From Antedon mediterranea (lineage: Eukaryota > Animalia > Echinodermata): a stretch of DNA of 64,000 nucleotides. The DNA lies in NCBI RefSeq assembly GCF_964355755.1, contig NC_092670.1:28880388-28944387 (forward strand), written 5' to 3'. Of the stretch, positions 62,784 to 64,000 are shown in pieces. The notes under the pieces are model-generated. The model made no database searches and had not been told where the DNA came from. It worked only from the letters and a program-made list of their open reading frames with translations. A program made the position numbers and the translations under genes. Each line of letters opens with the position of its first letter. Position 1 is the stretch's first letter.

Positions 62784-64000
62784 GGCCGGGGGCGCTGCTC
62801 CATGCTGTGAAATGGCGTCGCCCAGTTTGACCTTTTAACCCTGTACTTCCGATACTGTGTTTTGAATGCAAATTGAAGAACAGGAGATTCTTGTGTTATA
62901 AGTTCTTTGAGCAACATGCAATTGATTCCCTCTGGTGGTGGTGCTTTCTGATTTTTTGTGAGTGGTGAGCTGATAAAAGTAAAACCAGGAATGTAAAAGA
63001 AACGTACCCAAAAACTAAGCATATGAGAAATAATAATAATAATAATAATAGAAAGAGTCTGACACGCTTAATATGCAGTAATATATGACATACTGTAATT
63101 TACATTTTAGAATTTGGGAAGTGAAAGTTTACGGCCTCCTCTAGCTAGGCCCAACCAAGTACAGTACTACTAACTAGGCTACTAGGTTAGTCAGTAGTAA
63201 ATATAGTTTAGGCCTCGTCTCTAGAGCCTAGTAAATAAAATAATCCTGGCGGAGAGAGGGCTGAGATTAATATAAATCCTCCGTATCGCTTCGTCTCTTT
63301 CTACGTATATTCCCGTCAAAATAGGCCAGGCTAGTGTGCAGTGTGGGTCTATTTTTTCATAAGAAATCCAGCTCAACACACACCACACACATTTCATGTT
63401 CACACAGATCAGAAATATCCTGCCACCTGTGTGACGTCAGGTGGTGACGCTGCCCTCCTATATATGGACATGGGGAAATCCCCCTCTCAATTATTGTAGA
63501 CATTCACTTGTCAGCAGATCTTCACTTTGTGTTACTATAAATTAAAAATATTCATTGCCAAAACATATAATCAGAAAAGTAATATCTGAAAAAGGAAAAT
63601 AGTTTTTTGTTTACAAATTTTATTTTACACTTTCGTTTGGGTCATACAATTGTACCAGGGAGGTATAAAAATTAACCTCCTTGATTATACCGCAAATACA
63701 GTATTGTATTTGATTGACCTTATACAGTATTGTTTTTGATTGACCTTCAGAAGCTCTCAGTACATGTATGCACAATACAATAAAAACACTTTATTTCAAC
63801 TTCACATTACAAAATTCTTAATGTTATTATTATTATTACTGAAAGCATGCATTATAGTGTAGTACTTCACTAGGCCTCTAAAATTAACACTTCACTGTCT
63901 AGAAAAGTATTTATCTTTACAGAATAGAAATAAGGAAAACACTTTGTTCACCATACATACAAGTCGCCTACAGAAAAATCAGTGCTTTATGTTGTGAATT

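Overview
AT-rich animal genomic DNA. It is probably a marine invertebrate, and the strong TAGGCCTA enrichment plus the TE repertoire suggest an echinoderm (inference). There are no prokaryotic features or CRISPR arrays. One host gene can be assembled by hand on the minus strand: 7 coding exons from 22698 to 14859, all with GT-AG splice sites in consistent phase, plus a probable last exon at 2574-2635. It encodes a ~627-aa protein with an N-terminal coiled coil, Ser/Pro/Gln-rich linkers carrying TRAF-binding-like motifs, and two death-fold domains, with no catalytic or sensor domain, so it is a candidate immune/cell-death adaptor. Most of the remaining window is a deeply nested TE landscape. 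It includes CR1-group, RTE-X, RTE and Rex1-like LINEs (one with a near-intact 990-aa ORF2), a BEL/Pao LTR element, a Penelope fragment with hammerhead ribozymes, three Academ-type elements (TAG termini, 3-bp TSD), three hAT-like elements with 5-bp TSDs, Kolobok, EnSpm-like, Harbinger and MULE-like MITEs, Helentron-like elements and tRNA-SINEs. Three 23-30-bp palindromes with 7-bp TSDs look like P/Galileo excision scars. All calls come from manual reading with no database searches, so some boundaries are approximate.
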